A DNA stretch of 61,963 nt from IMG/VR virus record IMGVR_UViG_3300036790_000395, positions 1 through 61,963 of that record; one strand, given 5' to 3'. This stretch comes from a virus (Duplodnaviria; Caudoviricetes). The notes below the pieces were generated by a model. That model searched no databases and had not been told where the DNA came from. It was given only the letters and a program-made list of their open reading frames with translations. This document shows, in pieces, positions 46,968-56,747 of this stretch; position 1 is the first letter of the stretch; the number at the start of each line of letters is the position of its first letter. Position numbers and translations under genes: made by a program.

Positions 46968-47111
46968 ATGCGGCGGAATGGCATCGGACACATGCAGAAT
47001 AAGAACCTGTCGTCTCGACGAACACTCGAACGGAACGGCAGAGGGGTGCGCGGCCCGGCTCGCGGCAAGATGGGCCACGGTCGCGGCGGTCGGGTAAAAC
47101 GGGGCAGATAA
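46968..47111 (+). CDS. Arg/Gly-rich small basic protein
   Basis: AAAGGAG Shine-Dalgarno; MRRNGIG...GRGGRVKRGR. Confidence 0.55.
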   Translation: MRRNGIGHMQNKNLSSRRTLERNGRGVRGPARGKMGHGRGGRVKRGR

Positions 47112-47154
47112 GGCCCCGTGTAGAGTCTACACGGAGTAACGGAAAGGAGCGCGG

Positions 47155-48192
47155 GTGCCACTGCAGAACCTAGTCGGCGAGCTTTTGGGCGATTTCCCGC
47201 GCTTTCCGCCGTTGTATGCGCAGAGCGTCATCAACCGGGCTTGGACGCGGATACGCGATATCCGCCTTTGGAGCTGGCAGGTCGTACCGGATGCGCAGAT
47301 CTTCGCGCCGGATCTCATCCAGGTAGGAACTGTCTCGACAACCTCGTTCTCAACCACTATCACGGCGAACTCGGCGGCGGCGGCAGCTTTGAATGCGGCA
47401 GCGGCCTATCCGCCGATCTTTGGAATGGTAGGAGTCGGAAGACAGATCCGTATCGGCGTGGGCCAGCAGACGGGCGTCTATGCGTCGAATGGCCCCTACT
47501 ATCACATCCTCAATTGGGACGGCACTTCGGTGCTCACTATCGACAGGCCGTTCGGCGAGGGTACTGTAACAGGTGTCGGATTCCAGGTGTTCAAAGCGGT
47601 CTACGCCGCGCCGTCGAATCCGGCTACCGGGCTGCCGACGCCAAGCGGCGCGTACATCAAGTTGTTCTCACTGACAAACAAGAACAACGGGTCCAACATT
47701 CCGCCGAATCGGCTCAACATCTCGCACGAGTGGCTGAACCGGCACGATCCGCAGCGGTCGTCTTCCGGCGATCCGACGCTCGCGGCCAATTACGGCACGG
47801 CATTGTTCGAGCTGTACCCGTACCCGGTCGCGGCGGCGACCTATTATGTGGACTATTACAACCGCTGGCCGGATCTGTCGCCGACGCAAGATCTGCCGCA
47901 GGTGCCGTATGGCCTGCAGGTGTGCATGATGGATCTCGCGAAGTCGTTTGCCTGCCAGTGGGCGGCAGCGAATGCCGCGACCTTTCCCGAGCTGCAGCAG
48001 ACCAACTGGATCGCTACGCAGTCGGTGTACCGGCAGGATTACGCGGACGGTCTGAAGCAGTGTCTCAAGCAGGATGACGAGATGATGCCGCAACTGCCGT
48101 TCCTGACGCGCGGATTCCTCGGAATGCAGGCGTTGCCTCCTGGCGGTGAGTGGCTGCAGAGTCACGATATCGCCAATCCGTATATGAGTTGA
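47155..48192 (+). CDS. Head-tail adaptor-like protein
   Basis: INRAWTRI...WSW, ELYPYP motifs; position. Confidence 0.6.
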   Translation: MPLQNLVGELLGDFPRFPPLYAQSVINRAWTRIRDIRLWSWQVVPDAQIFAPDLIQVGTVSTTSFSTTITANSAAAAALNAAAAYPPIFGMVGVGRQIRIGVGQQTGVYASNGPYYHILNWDGTSVLTIDRPFGEGTVTGVGFQVFKAVYAAPSNPATGLPTPSGAYIKLFSLTNKNNGSNIPPNRLNISHEWLNRHDPQRSSSGDPTLAANYGTALFELYPYPVAAATYYVDYYNRWPDLSPTQDLPQVPYGLQVCMMDLAKSFACQWAAANAATFPELQQTNWIATQSVYRQDYADGLKQCLKQDDEMMPQLPFLTRGFLGMQALPPGGEWLQSHDIANPYMS

Positions 48193-48194
48193 GT

Positions 48195-48341
48195 ATGCCT
48201 ATCAATCGTAGATCGCAAGCGAGACGCGGCTATCTCCAACGCGGAGCAGCCCGCAAATTCGATGTCGCCAAACATATGGGCGCGACAGTCGAAACAGAAG
48301 CCTCCGAGCTGAAGAAGAAGCGCGGCGGCAAGAAACGTTAG
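48195..48341 (+). CDS. Small basic protein
   Basis: MPINRRSQARRGY...KKKRGGKKR. Confidence 0.5.
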   Translation: MPINRRSQARRGYLQRGAARKFDVAKHMGATVETEASELKKKRGGKKR

Positions 48342-48357
48342 AAAGGAGAAATGATTT

Positions 48358-48552
48358 ATGGCAAATGGTGACGCCAAAGTTGCAGGACGGCTCGGGCCGC
48401 TGCGCTCGCCGATGGCTGATAACGTGATCACGCGGGGGCCTTTGAATCCCCCGATTGGCGCGAATACGACCATCCCCGGCACGGCCCCGAAAGCTGCACC
48501 GATCCGCAGCCCGTTGCAAGGCCAACCCACTAAGAATTGGAAGAACAAGTAA
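48358..48552 (+). CDS. Small Pro-rich protein
   Basis: AAAGGAG Shine-Dalgarno. Confidence 0.55.
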   Translation: MANGDAKVAGRLGPLRSPMADNVITRGPLNPPIGANTTIPGTAPKAAPIRSPLQGQPTKNWKNK

Positions 48553-48577
48553 CCTCTAACTCTATAAAGCGGCTCAA

Positions 48578-48615
48578 GGGGAGCGGGAGGCAGTGCTTCC
48601 CTCTCCCCATTTTTT
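48578..48615 (+). terminator. Intrinsic terminator
   Basis: GGGGAGCGGGAG...CTTCCCTCTCCCC-ATTTTTT. Confidence 0.65.
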
Positions 48616-48619
48616 CGTT

Positions 48620-48778
48620 ATGATCCTACTCATTCTTATCGTTCTGTTGTTTATGATCTTCGGCTCAGCACCCATCTACCCGTACTCGCGTGGTTGGGGC
48701 ATGGCTCCGTCCGGTGTGTTCGGATTCATCATGCTGGTGCTTTTGCTTCTATTGGTCTTCGGATACATCCCGCGTTAG
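48620..48778 (+). CDS. DUF3309-like membrane protein
   Basis: LILIVLL...PIYPYSRGWGMAPSGVFG...LLLLLVFG. Confidence 0.7.
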   Translation: MILLILIVLLFMIFGSAPIYPYSRGWGMAPSGVFGFIMLVLLLLLVFGYIPR

Positions 48779-48788
48779 CCCGCTCACC

Positions 48789-49838
48789 ATGCTTGAATTC
48801 ATGGATGGGTTCGACCACTACACCGGCAATACCAACATTGCGCGCAAGTGGGACACCACGAGCGGCGGTTCCGGGACAGACTTTCCTGCAGGCCGCTTTG
48901 GGGGAAACTGCTTCCAGTTCGGGCCGGGGGGCAGCGGTCCGAGCTTGACGCAAGGACAGCTCGCCTCGGTCGCAACGCGCACGGTCGGGTTCGCCTGCAA
49001 ACTAGGGTCCATTGTAGAAGGCTGGATATTCTTCTCGTTCCTGGACGCGGGCAATAATCAGGTAGACTTACGCCTCCACACGACCGGCGCGATCTACGTC
49101 ACGCGGAACGGGGCCACGCTCGCCACTACCTCACACGTCATTCCAACCGGGCTGTGGTGCTATATCGAGTTTCAGGCGACCATCGGCACGGCAAACGGCG
49201 CTTTCAGCTTGAAGGTGTGGGGGCTTGGCGCGAGCGATGGTGTTTGGCTGACCGCCTCCGGCGTCAACACGCAGAACACAATTAACGCCTCGATGGATGG
49301 TGTTTCGTGGAACGGCGACGACTCGAACCCGACCATCTACATCGACGATGTGTATGTTCTGAACTCGTCCGGCGCGGCGAACAATAACTTCTTGGGCGAG
49401 TCGCGCATCCTAATGAACCTGCCCAATTCGGATGATACGGCTACCCCTGGCACGAATCTACAATGGACACCGAACAGCGGCAGCAACCATTACTCTTGTG
49501 TAGACGACACGCCGACCCCGGATGACGACACGAGCTACGTGTCGAGCGCTACCGCTGGTCAGATCGACACCTACAAATACCCGGCTCTCTCGCCGACCGG
49601 CGCGATTGCGGGGGTGCAGAACGTACTCTGTGCCCGCAAGGACGATGCCGGGGTGCGCTCGATCAGCTCCGAATATCGGTCGGCAGCCGGGGCCAATTAT
49701 GATGGCGCAATTGCCTTCTCGCCCAACTCTTCGTATCTGATGTTCCGGCAGATCTACGAGAACGATCCGGCGACTAATGGCCCTTGGTTCCTGGCGAATC
49801 TAAACGGCGCTGAATTCGGCATCAAGTGCGTTGCATAG
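48789..49838 (+). CDS. Tail-associated protein with LamG/ConA-like domain
   Basis: FMDGFDHY, WCYIEF, YIDDVYV...FLG, AEFG. Confidence 0.7.
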   Translation: MLEFMDGFDHYTGNTNIARKWDTTSGGSGTDFPAGRFGGNCFQFGPGGSGPSLTQGQLASVATRTVGFACKLGSIVEGWIFFSFLDAGNNQVDLRLHTTGAIYVTRNGATLATTSHVIPTGLWCYIEFQATIGTANGAFSLKVWGLGASDGVWLTASGVNTQNTINASMDGVSWNGDDSNPTIYIDDVYVLNSSGAANNNFLGESRILMNLPNSDDTATPGTNLQWTPNSGSNHYSCVDDTPTPDDDTSYVSSATAGQIDTYKYPALSPTGAIAGVQNVLCARKDDAGVRSISSEYRSAAGANYDGAIAFSPNSSYLMFRQIYENDPATNGPWFLANLNGAEFGIKCVA

Positions 49839-49841
49839 GAG

Positions 49842-51368
49842 ATGGCGAACCGGCTTACACAGTTCGCAGTGGAGAACCTGCAAGCGGGCGGGAATCCCCG
49901 CGCGCGCGTCACGCAGGTTGCCTATGAAGTCTTAGAGCGGCTGAGCGTACCGCCCCCGCCGTCGCCGCCAGCCCCGGCATCGTCGGTCGCGCAGACGGCC
50001 CCGCTCGTGCCCGGCTATACGCAACTGACGCAGGCGGGCGCGTTGACGATCTTGGGGCGGCGGTTAGGTGATCCGAACTTCATCTATTGGTCGCAGGGCG
50101 AACTCCGGTTGTATATCGCCGAGGCGCTGCGCACGTGGCAAGCGTTAACAAGCTGGTATCGCGCGCGCTCCACCATCAGCAGCGCCAGCAGCCAACAGTG
50201 GTACGACTTGGCGAGCGTCGATAGCGGGGCTTATGGTTACCATCTGGCCGACACGGATCTGCTGGCGGTGATGCTCTATCATCTGCTCGAAGCGCAACTG
50301 TCCGGTACGACATGGGCGGGCACGGCGCAGTTTAGCTTAGCGCTCTGCCAGGGCGCGATTCAGAACCGCATCAACAAATTCCTGGCCGACAGCGGCGCGG
50401 TCGTGTATCGTGTGCTGCAACCATCTGGGACACTGACCGGCGACGGGCGGGTGCTGATCCAGCCTACCTTCATCGACGTGCGGCGGATGGTATGGACACC
50501 GGGCAGCGGAGCAAGCAGCGTATTGTGGCGCGAAGACGAATGGGGGATGAGCGCGTTCCTGATGAACTGGCGCGCGCCGGGCACGCCGCAGGTGTATTCG
50601 CAAGCAGCCGCGCCTCCAGCGAACGTGCAGCTCGCGCCGCCTCCCGCGAGTGCCGGAACACTCGATATGCTGCTCGTCCCGACCGGACCGCACCTGAACA
50701 TACCGGGCGGCTCGACGGTCTTGCCGGTACCGGACGATTTCACATGGGGGATCAAGTGGGGCGCGTTGGCCGATCTGCTGTCCTCCGATGGCGTCGCGCA
50801 AGATGAGGCGCGCGCGGCCTATTGCGAGCAGCGTTATCAGCAGTGCGTGCAACTAGCAAAGATCTTCCCGGCAGTGCTGCAGGTCTCGATCAGCGGCGCG
50901 CCGGTTTGGATCGGCAGCGTATGGGAATTGGACGCCTACTCAACCGGCTGGCAGAATGCGGCGGCTGGTACGCCGGGTTTTGCCGGATTAGCAGGCCGCA
51001 ACCTGTTAGCGCTCTCGCCGCCGCCGTCCGGGTCGAACGCGGTGACGCTCGATCTGGTGCAGAACATCCCGGTGCCGGGAACGGATACCGATTACCTGCA
51101 GGTGCCGGGCGACGTGCTGCCGGTGCTGATCGATTACATCATCCACCTAGCGAGCTTCAAGATGGGCGGCCAGGAGTTCGCGCAGACGCAACTGCAGATG
51201 ACGAATTTCCTTCTGACAGCGGGCGCGTACAACAACCGGCTGCGGCAGCTTGCGACTTACAACGATGCGCTGCGCTCGTCGGCGCTGCGGGACTACGATC
51301 AGAACCCGAGGCTCGATAACCCGCTGCTGACGGCCTATTCGCCGAGTGGAGCTGGCAATGGCAAATAA
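49842..51368 (+). CDS. Tail adaptor-like protein
   Basis: RRLGDP...YWSQGELRLYIAEALR; internally repeated LxPPP modules. Confidence 0.65.
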   Translation: MANRLTQFAVENLQAGGNPRARVTQVAYEVLERLSVPPPPSPPAPASSVAQTAPLVPGYTQLTQAGALTILGRRLGDPNFIYWSQGELRLYIAEALRTWQALTSWYRARSTISSASSQQWYDLASVDSGAYGYHLADTDLLAVMLYHLLEAQLSGTTWAGTAQFSLALCQGAIQNRINKFLADSGAVVYRVLQPSGTLTGDGRVLIQPTFIDVRRMVWTPGSGASSVLWREDEWGMSAFLMNWRAPGTPQVYSQAAAPPANVQLAPPPASAGTLDMLLVPTGPHLNIPGGSTVLPVPDDFTWGIKWGALADLLSSDGVAQDEARAAYCEQRYQQCVQLAKIFPAVLQVSISGAPVWIGSVWELDAYSTGWQNAAAGTPGFAGLAGRNLLALSPPPSGSNAVTLDLVQNIPVPGTDTDYLQVPGDVLPVLIDYIIHLASFKMGGQEFAQTQLQMTNFLLTAGAYNNRLRQLATYNDALRSSALRDYDQNPRLDNPLLTAYSPSGAGNGK

Positions 51369-54300
51369 AGACTGGTCGCGCAATCCGGGTAAAGGCAAGT
51401 TCGCTTATCTTGGCGTCGATCTGCACAACCCGCCCGATCTCATCCGCCAGGGCCGCGCGCCGTATCTGTTGAACGTATCGCCGAACGTCGCGCAAGGAGC
51501 GCTGCAGCCGCGCGCGGGTACAACGGCGGCGGGCACGACGGGCGTCAACAGCCCAATCCATAGTCTGAAGCGGGTTAATAATTCCGTGCCCGGCGCGTCG
51601 AATCCGTGGCTGCGGTTTGCAGGCGTGGGAGCGAGTCTCTATCGCGCTCTGGCAGGCGCGCCGACGACGTATAGCCTGCTGACGAACGGCTTCAGTGGCA
51701 ACCCCCTGTCGCTCATCCCATTCCGGCCTCCGCAGTCGCCCGAGACATGGCTGTATGCGTATGACAGCGCGCAGCAGAAGAAGTTCCGAACAGATGGCTC
51801 GACTATCCAGAATATCGGCATCCTACCGCCGACCTTAGCTCCAAGCGTGCGCCGTGGAGCGCCGCAGATGAACATCGTATTGGACGCAGGCGTGCCGACT
51901 GGATGGGTAGGCAGCGGTAGCGCGGCTAATCCGACGCTGCAGAACCGGCTGCCGTCCAGTGGTTGCACGGTGAGTCAGATCCTCTACGATGTCGGCTCGA
52001 CCGGCTGGTGCAACGTGGTGCCGAGCAACAGTGACGCTCTGATCGGGATTGGCTCGCGCTTCATCTTCAGCGGCTCTTCGGAGATCTCGACCGTATGGCA
52101 GACCTTCCCGGCGCTGAGCGGCACGACGGCAGCGGGAATCTTGTTCGATAGCGGCTCGACAGGCATGTGTACCGTCACGCCGACGACCGCGACGCAAGGG
52201 CTGCAGCGCAATCATCTGATCCAGGTTGGCGCGAACTGGACGCGCGTGCTGAGTGTCACCGAGGGGCCGGATGGGAGTTACAGCTTCCGCTGCTCGCTGG
52301 CAGGCACGGCGAGCACGGGTTCGGTTATCAACATCCCGTTCAGCTTCCGCTGCCTGCCGCTCGGGACACACGCGACTGGAGAGACGCTTACGAGTTATGC
52401 GTTGCAGTCAGCGTGTACGGCTGGCAACGGGCTGATCTCGAACAGCTCAATCGGCACGCTCGATCTGACGCAGCTTACCCCGGCGAATAGGCCGCTGACG
52501 GCAGACGATTACATGCATGTTTCTTTGCTGGTCGATAATCCGGCAAACGTGACAGAAGTACACATTTTGTTGGACGTGGACGAGACCACGAACGATTTCA
52601 ACCACAACTACTACTATTTCATCGTCCGGCAGAATGACTTCCAAGCGGCGGCGACCGGCGCGGCTGGCATCGTCAATACGAATCTGACGGCGCTGAGCAA
52701 CGCGCTCGCGAGCAACGATCTACCAGATAGCGGCGTGCCGAACGCGGCGCAGTCACCGTACCCGGCTGCGGCGTTGGGAACGTCGAGTCCGCCGTCGCCC
52801 GCGCAGTTGTCGCCGGGGAGCAGCCAATGGTTCGAGCTGGTGTGCAAGATCAACGATCTGACGCGCGTCGGAAGCGACTCGGCGACCGGCCTCAACAATG
52901 TGAAGGCTATCGGCGTACTCGTGATCGCGAGCGGCTCGTGCAACGTGAGCTTCGGTTCGTGGTGGGTCGAGGGCGGCTACGGCCCCGACTGCAACTACAA
53001 CAGCTACGGCAATCAGGGCCAACCGATCCTGTACCGCTATCGCTATCGTTCTAGTCTGACCGGCGCGATCTCGGACGTTTCGCCAGCGACCCGAAATGGC
53101 GATCTGACGATGCGCAATCCGCTGATCCCGTTCGTCACGGCTTCGCCCGACGCGCAGTGCGATCTGATCGACATCGAGCGCAATGGTGGAACGTTCGACA
53201 CATGGCATCGTTGCATGACGGTCGCGAACGTGACGAATGAATACGCGGATACGACCGAAGAGGAGGTCGCGGCTGCGGGTGATCCATTAGAGCTGCTGCA
53301 GTATGCGCCCTGGCCGGTGACGGATAAGCCGAGGTCGGGGGTGTGCAACATCACCGGCACGCATGTCGAATGGGTGTCGGGCGATCAGTTCAATATGAAC
53401 TGGATTCGAGGTGTAGAATTCATCGTCAATAACCAGACCTATACGCTGTACGCGCCGCCCACTTCCGACAGCGTGCTCGACACGGCAGAGAATATCGGTA
53501 CCTTCGCGAATGTCGCCTTCATCATCCCGGAAGCGACGATCTGCGGGCAGCCTTTACCCTATGCCTGCGGGCCGTTCGATGGGCGGATGTGGGCAACCGG
53601 CGATCCTTACAATCCGGGGCTGCTCTACTTCTCGAATCCGTACAACCCGGATTCGGCAAGCGACCAGGGCTATATCGAGGTCACTAGCCCGTCAGAACCG
53701 CTGCTGATGCCGGTCATTTACGAAGGCGCGGTGTACGTCTTCTCGGCGCAGGCAGTGTACCGTGTAGAGTCTACACCAGGGCAGGCGAACCCGTATGCGG
53801 CATATAAATTGGGCGCGATCCCAAGCGGATTGGCAGCCCCGTGGGCGGTGAATGCGGACGGGCCGCTGCTGGTATGGCTCGGCAGCGATGGAATCAATGG
53901 AATGGCGGCTAACGGCGCGGCGCAATCGCTTACGAAGGACGATTTGACGCCGCTATTCCCGATTGAGTCGAGGCCGGGGCTGCAGGTCGGCATCGCGGCC
54001 TATACTCTCAGCCCACCTGATTACACAGAGCAGCAGTGGTTGCGGTTGAGCTACGCCTATGGCATGTATTTCTTCGATTACATCGACATCGACGGCAATT
54101 ACAGCACCTTCACCTTCGACCCGGACTCGAAAGGTTGGGTGCCTTATCTGTACGCCACAGCAACGGTCGCGCTGCATTACGAAGAGGAAGGCATTGCGGA
54201 CCCATTTACTCTCTGCGGCAAGTCGGACGGCACGCTGTCGGTGATATCGGGCGCAGCCGACGATGAGGGCGCGGCGTTCTCCTGCGTGGTGGTGACGCCT

Positions 54301-54399
54301 GCCGACGATCAGGGCGAGACAAGAGCTAGAAAGCAGTACGGCGACATGATGCTCGACTATCAGACACAGACGGGCGAGGGCGGGGGCGGCGGCGGATGA
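51358..54399 (+). CDS. Tail nozzle/stabilisation-like protein
   Basis: ~1013 aa, beta-rich; LYFSNPYNP propeller-like segment; podovirus-like position. Confidence 0.6.
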   Translation: MANKDWSRNPGKGKFAYLGVDLHNPPDLIRQGRAPYLLNVSPNVAQGALQPRAGTTAAGTTGVNSPIHSLKRVNNSVPGASNPWLRFAGVGASLYRALAGAPTTYSLLTNGFSGNPLSLIPFRPPQSPETWLYAYDSAQQKKFRTDGSTIQNIGILPPTLAPSVRRGAPQMNIVLDAGVPTGWVGSGSAANPTLQNRLPSSGCTVSQILYDVGSTGWCNVVPSNSDALIGIGSRFIFSGSSEISTVWQTFPALSGTTAAGILFDSGSTGMCTVTPTTATQGLQRNHLIQVGANWTRVLSVTEGPDGSYSFRCSLAGTASTGSVINIPFSFRCLPLGTHATGETLTSYALQSACTAGNGLISNSSIGTLDLTQLTPANRPLTADDYMHVSLLVDNPANVTEVHILLDVDETTNDFNHNYYYFIVRQNDFQAAATGAAGIVNTNLTALSNALASNDLPDSGVPNAAQSPYPAAALGTSSPPSPAQLSPGSSQWFELVCKINDLTRVGSDSATGLNNVKAIGVLVIASGSCNVSFGSWWVEGGYGPDCNYNSYGNQGQPILYRYRYRSSLTGAISDVSPATRNGDLTMRNPLIPFVTASPDAQCDLIDIERNGGTFDTWHRCMTVANVTNEYADTTEEEVAAAGDPLELLQYAPWPVTDKPRSGVCNITGTHVEWVSGDQFNMNWIRGVEFIVNNQTYTLYAPPTSDSVLDTAENIGTFANVAFIIPEATICGQPLPYACGPFDGRMWATGDPYNPGLLYFSNPYNPDSASDQGYIEVTSPSEPLLMPVIYEGAVYVFSAQAVYRVESTPGQANPYAAYKLGAIPSGLAAPWAVNADGPLLVWLGSDGINGMAANGAAQSLTKDDLTPLFPIESRPGLQVGIAAYTLSPPDYTEQQWLRLSYAYGMYFFDYIDIDGNYSTFTFDPDSKGWVPYLYATATVALHYEEEGIADPFTLCGKSDGTLSVISGAADDEGAAFSCVVVTPADDQGETRARKQYGDMMLDYQTQTGEGGGGGG

Positions 54400-55247
54400 A
54401 CCTGAATATCTACTACGACAATCTGCTGCTCTCGTCCTCGACCTTCACCCCGGATGTCGAAGCGACGCGCACGCAGCAGTTCTACGATCTCGGACTGGAT
54501 AGCGTCTCGGCGCACCGCAATATCGGCGCGGTGATCACGTTCGCGAGCAACGAGCTGACGGTTCTATATGAGTGGCAGCCGAGCTTCATTCCCGAGCCGG
54601 AGGACACGATTGATCGCCCGACTGACTGGATGGACGCCGGAACGATCCACTACAAGTTCATCCACGGCTGCCGGATTCAGGCCGATACGGCGGGTGTCGC
54701 AAGGACCGTGCAGGTGCAGTATGACGGCGGAATCAACGGGCCGGTCTTGACGGTGAACCATGCCGGTGAGTTGGTTCTGCCGTACTCGTTCCCGCCGTTC
54801 AAGGCGAGATTGCTAAGGCTGGTGCCGACCGATCCGAACGAATGGCGGCTATGGGGCGTGCAATGGGAGTTCGACATCGAGCCGGACCCGGCTGATTATT
54901 GGGTTACGCAGACGACCAGCTTCGGGTTCGCGGGGTATGGACATATCCGGGATTTCGAATTGGCGTATGCAACGGTCAATGCGGGCGCGAACCTACTGAT
55001 GATCGTCGATGGAGTGTCGAACACGATAGCGGCGGCCCTGCCATCGACGGGAGGGAATGAGGTCAAGAGTTACTTCCCCGCGCCGCCGCTCAAGGGTAAA
55101 TTGTTTCAGTTGTATCTGACCGGCAATCAGGTGCAGTTGTACCTGAAGGACTGCGAATTCAGGATGAAGCAGTGGGGCGCGGACCAGTACGCGGTGCTGA
55201 AGCCGGTGGGCGATGAGAGCGTGACGAGCGGAGGCGCGAGATTGTAA
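54396..55247 (+). CDS. Tail protein
   Basis: ATGA overlap with the nozzle gene; beta-sandwich-like. Confidence 0.6.
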   Translation: MNLNIYYDNLLLSSSTFTPDVEATRTQQFYDLGLDSVSAHRNIGAVITFASNELTVLYEWQPSFIPEPEDTIDRPTDWMDAGTIHYKFIHGCRIQADTAGVARTVQVQYDGGINGPVLTVNHAGELVLPYSFPPFKARLLRLVPTDPNEWRLWGVQWEFDIEPDPADYWVTQTTSFGFAGYGHIRDFELAYATVNAGANLLMIVDGVSNTIAAALPSTGGNEVKSYFPAPPLKGKLFQLYLTGNQVQLYLKDCEFRMKQWGADQYAVLKPVGDESVTSGGARL

Positions 55248-55594
55248 TGGGGCGTGTTCGAACAGGCAATCCGACTTCGCTCGCGAATAACTCCAGCATT
55301 CCGCTGCAGATCCAGCGGGCGCTGCGCAAGACTGCGGTGAACGGGCGGCAAGAGCAGGAAGGCGCTCAGACTCAGAGCGCGCCTGATCAGAAGTTGAGCG
55401 TGGCAGAGATGCAGCGCGTGACGCAGTACGTGAGAGCGCAGTTGCAGGGCAGCGGCGCATTAGGCGCGCAGATTGGGCTAGCGGCCAACAAACCGGGCGG
55501 GCTGACGGTGCAGCAGGCGGGCTATCTGTATTGGGAATCGGACACCAATCACATGCGGGTGTGGAACGGCTCGACGTGGGGCACAGTCTCGTGA
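55247..55594 (+). CDS. Tail/fibre-associated protein
   Basis: GYLYWESDTNHMRVWNGSTW. Confidence 0.6.
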   Translation: MGRVRTGNPTSLANNSSIPLQIQRALRKTAVNGRQEQEGAQTQSAPDQKLSVAEMQRVTQYVRAQLQGSGALGAQIGLAANKPGGLTVQQAGYLYWESDTNHMRVWNGSTWGTVS

Positions 55595-55660
55595 CGAATT
55601 CAGCGGTTTTCTTCACGGAGGGACTAGCGGAGAGCGCGCGAAGAAAGGTGAAATAGAGAT

Positions 55661-55999
55661 ATGGCAGCAGATACACCAAGCGGTTACACGAGTGGAACGG
55701 TGAGCATCGCGGCTGGCACGGCGCTGCAGTTGGGGCCGCTGATTCAGCAGCAGGTAGACGCGAATGCGGCGATGGCGGCGCAGCTCATCTCTATACAGGC
55801 GGACGGCGCGAACACAACGCCGATCCTGATCGGGATGGACAAGAACGTCGGCAGCGGCTCGCCCGTGAAGTACGGGTTCGGCCTCGCGTCGGGCCAGGAC
55901 CGGAGCTATAGCGGCGCTGCCGCGAATCCGATCAGCATTGGGCGCTTCTACGTGTTCAGTAATGCGAATGCAGTACTGCACGTCGAGATCTTTCCGTAA
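55661..55999 (+). CDS. Small beta-rich virion protein
   Basis: ISIQADGANTTPILIG...GFGLASG. Confidence 0.6.
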   Translation: MAADTPSGYTSGTVSIAAGTALQLGPLIQQQVDANAAMAAQLISIQADGANTTPILIGMDKNVGSGSPVKYGFGLASGQDRSYSGAAANPISIGRFYVFSNANAVLHVEIFP

Positions 56000-56045
56000 G
56001 ACGATGAGACTCGTGTAGAGTCTACACGGGTAGGTGAAAGAGGGT

Positions 56046-56729
56046 ATGGCGAACGCGCAATCAAGTATCTATGGCGGGCTAGCTTCAGGCGGCGTGAACC
56101 AGTTCGGGTTCAAGCCGCAAAGCGTGCAGGATTCGAACCAGATGGCGAACTTCCTGCAGTCGTCCGAGAACTCGTCGATGACGGGCGGGGCGCAGAACTT
56201 GGCGGGCGGGGCCGGGATACTGCAGAGCGGCCAAAGTACGACCGGCCAGGGCATACAGGCGTTGTCGCCGGTCCTGCAGTATTTGACGCAACTCACGAAG
56301 GGCGACCAGGGCGACATCGCGCAGGCGACGCAAGGGCAGACCAATCAGATCAAGGATTCGTTCGCGGCCATCAGGAACATGATCAGCGCGCAGCCGAGGG
56401 GCGGGGGCAAGGCGGGCGTGCTGGCCGAAGCGCCATATCAGCAGGAGAAGCAGATCGGCGATCTGCAGCAGGGAGCGCGGGCCGGAGCGGCTAATCAGTT
56501 GGGCAACGTCGCGAATAGCTTGGCGGGATTGGGGCTGCAGCAGCAGAACGTTGGGTTGGGCGAGCAGGGTCTCGGGTTGAGTCAGCAGAGTTTGGCGCTG
56601 CAGACGGCGTTGAGTCAGCGCGGGCAAAACGTCGAAGAGCGAGCCGCTACTGAGCAGATGATCGGCAACCTTGTAAAAGGCGCGTCAGATGTCGCGAGCG
56701 CCGCTCTCCCAAAGTCGAAGACCAATTAA
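56046..56729 (+). CDS. Putative DNA ejection protein
   Basis: Gly/Gln/Ala-rich, QRGQN motif; position. Confidence 0.6.
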   Translation: MANAQSSIYGGLASGGVNQFGFKPQSVQDSNQMANFLQSSENSSMTGGAQNLAGGAGILQSGQSTTGQGIQALSPVLQYLTQLTKGDQGDIAQATQGQTNQIKDSFAAIRNMISAQPRGGGKAGVLAEAPYQQEKQIGDLQQGARAGAANQLGNVANSLAGLGLQQQNVGLGEQGLGLSQQSLALQTALSQRGQNVEERAATEQMIGNLVKGASDVASAALPKSKTN

Positions 56730-56747
56730 TCGGAATGAGGTAAGCCA

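Larger units (their letters stand above)
1279..56026. repeat. Dispersed 13-bp palindrome TGTAGA(C/G)TCTACA, 19 exact copies
   Basis: Starts at 1279, 3888, 10560, 14548, 18517, 20369, 24186, 25568, 25819, 28033, 30655, 31470, 34900, 38472, 42658, 44139, 47119, 53763, 56014; near-copies at about 25942 and 26363. Confidence 0.93.
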
